This document shows positions 62,898 through 64,000 of a DNA stretch of 64,000 nucleotides, one piece after another (within the stretch, counting starts at the first letter, position 1; each line of letters starts with the position of its first letter). This DNA comes from a virus: IMG/VR virus record IMGVR_UViG_3300047315_000823, one strand, 5' to 3'. The position numbers were made by a program, and so were the translations under genes. The notes beneath the pieces are model-generated. The model was not told where the DNA came from. It saw only the letters and a program-made list of their open reading frames with translations, and ran no database searches.

Positions 62898-63598
62898 GCT
62901 GCGATTTCTGCCACTTCGGCGAGCACGGCTTCCTGCGCGGCCCGGAGTTCTCGCCACTCCCCCAGCGTCTCCCACCGGGTGCCGCACGCCCCGCATCGGA
63001 CACGGTGGCTGGCGGCCGAGGCGGTCAACGGCTGCGCACACAGGCCAGCTTCGAGTTGTCGGGGGCAGGCGCCGATCTGTACCCGGCCGGGTTTCCGTTC
63101 GTCGGTGACGATGGCCTTGCACTCGCCATGGAGCCGCCGCAGTTCATCGATGTCCTGCCCGACTTCCTCGTAAGAGGAGCACGCCCAAAGCAGGTTGTTG
63201 GCGAGGAACTGGGCGAGCTGCGGAACGGCCTGTGCCGGGCTGCCGCGCCACGGTGCGACCGTCCAGCCGAGCGTGGACCGCCACGAGTCCTCGATCGCCG
63301 ACAGCCGGGCCGCGACTCCGCCGGGGCCGACGAGGGCGAGGACTTCGAGCCGGGGCGGAATCGGCGGGGTCTTACTGCCGGAGCCGCCACCACCTGGTCG
63401 CCGGGCTCCGCGCATCAGGGCCGCGGTCGTGTCCATCTGCCGGAACAGGCCGGGGAGTTCAGCGATGCGGGCGGCTGTCTTGTCTTCGCAGGGCCGGCAC
63501 GACTGCCGACCAGTCTCGGAGACCCAGAGCTGCCGTCCGCAGGTGGGAGTCGTGCAGGTCGGCCAGTCGTATTCGTCAAGGGCGGGGTGGTCGTGCAC
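62894..63598 (-). CDS. Zn-ribbon phage protein (late-regulator-like)
   Basis: C..C..C N-terminus, PPIPPRL, GACP...C...VRCGACGTRW. Confidence 0.7.
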   Translation of the reverse strand: MHDHPALDEYDWPTCTTPTCGRQLWVSETGRQSCRPCEDKTAARIAELPGLFRQMDTTAALMRGARRPGGGGSGSKTPPIPPRLEVLALVGPGGVAARLSAIEDSWRSTLGWTVAPWRGSPAQAVPQLAQFLANNLLWACSSYEEVGQDIDELRRLHGECKAIVTDERKPGRVQIGACPRQLEAGLCAQPLTASAASHRVRCGACGTRWETLGEWRELRAAQEAVLAEVAEIAA

Positions 63599-63686
63599 GG
63601 CAGGCTCCTCGGCGGTGGTACGGGGAAGCAGTGACGTTTGAGCCAAGTGTGCACCTTCCAGCCGACAGGCTGGGCCAATGGCATAG

Positions 63687-63722
63687 CAGAAGCCCGCCCG
63701 GTAATGCCGAGGCGGGCTTCTG
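63687..63722. terminator. Hairpin terminator
   Basis: CAGAAGCCCGCC...GGCGGGCTTCTG, 12-bp stem. Confidence 0.6.
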
Positions 63723-63725
63723 TGG

Positions 63726-63968
63726 TCACGCTGCTTCTTGCTGTCCATCGGCTTCGACGGCCCGCGCGCAGCCGCCGCATTCACGGATGGCGCCGCTGGG
63801 GTATCCGCGGGCGAGCCAGCCGACTTTGCCGCAGGCGGCTTCGAGCGGGTCTTCGTACCGCCGGTTGTCGACGGGCCGGCGAGTGCGGTGGTGGGTGCGG
63901 CCGTTGACGAAGCGGACGTCGCGGGCCGGGAACTGCTCGGCGACCGTCGGGGCGGGCGGGGCGCTCAC
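63726..63968 (-). CDS. Hypothetical protein
   Basis: GTGA overlap with an upstream gene leaving the window; ACG...CGGC. Confidence 0.55.
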   Translation of the reverse strand: MSAPPAPTVAEQFPARDVRFVNGRTHHRTRRPVDNRRYEDPLEAACGKVGWLARGYPSGAIRECGGCARAVEADGQQEAA

Positions 63969-64000
63969 GGCGAGAGTTCCCCTCGCTGTTCCAGTTCGTC

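Larger units (their letters stand above)
1..64000. mobile_element. Temperate siphophage genome (Streptomyces-like), circularly permuted around attP
   Basis: Terminase, portal, capsid, tape measure, lysis, integrase, repressor and replication genes all present; no host housekeeping genes recognised. Confidence 0.95.

Overview
High-GC actinobacterial (Streptomyces-like) temperate siphophage filling the whole window, with no recognisable host housekeeping genes. Layout: (1) 1-16.9 kb, leftward early operon (Cro/Xis-like HTH genes, antirepressor, beta-clamp-like protein, YqaJ exonuclease + RecT, HNH, replication initiator with iterons, DnaC-like loader, DnaB). (2) 17.1-19.6 kb, rightward repressor, a duplicated-domain protein and a tyrosine integrase, followed by an apparently intact attP whose core is the 3' end of an RNase P RNA (rnpB). 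(3) 19.8-29.9 kb, accessory region with many small, apparently leaderless genes, a second Cre/Xer-like recombinase coupled to an EndoVII protein, an Mrr-like nuclease, and a Ro60/TROVE gene preceded by two Y RNAs, one a circularly permuted tRNA mimic. (4) 29.9-33.7 kb, lysis operon that also carries a papain-like peptidase, an RNase AS-like exonuclease and an NLTPH-motif protein. (5) 33.7-54.6 kb, leftward tail/head/packaging genes, including a phage-encoded Prp-like protease with matching motifs in scaffold and capsid, two paralogous tail chaperones and a -1 frameshift. (6) 54.6-64 kb, HNH genes, a fibre-like repeat module and late-regulator-like genes. Phage genes flank attP on both sides, so this is an excised/virion-type permutation or the junction of a tandem prophage. 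No CRISPR array, rRNA or canonical tRNA was seen. All family assignments come from motif recognition by eye; no database search was run.
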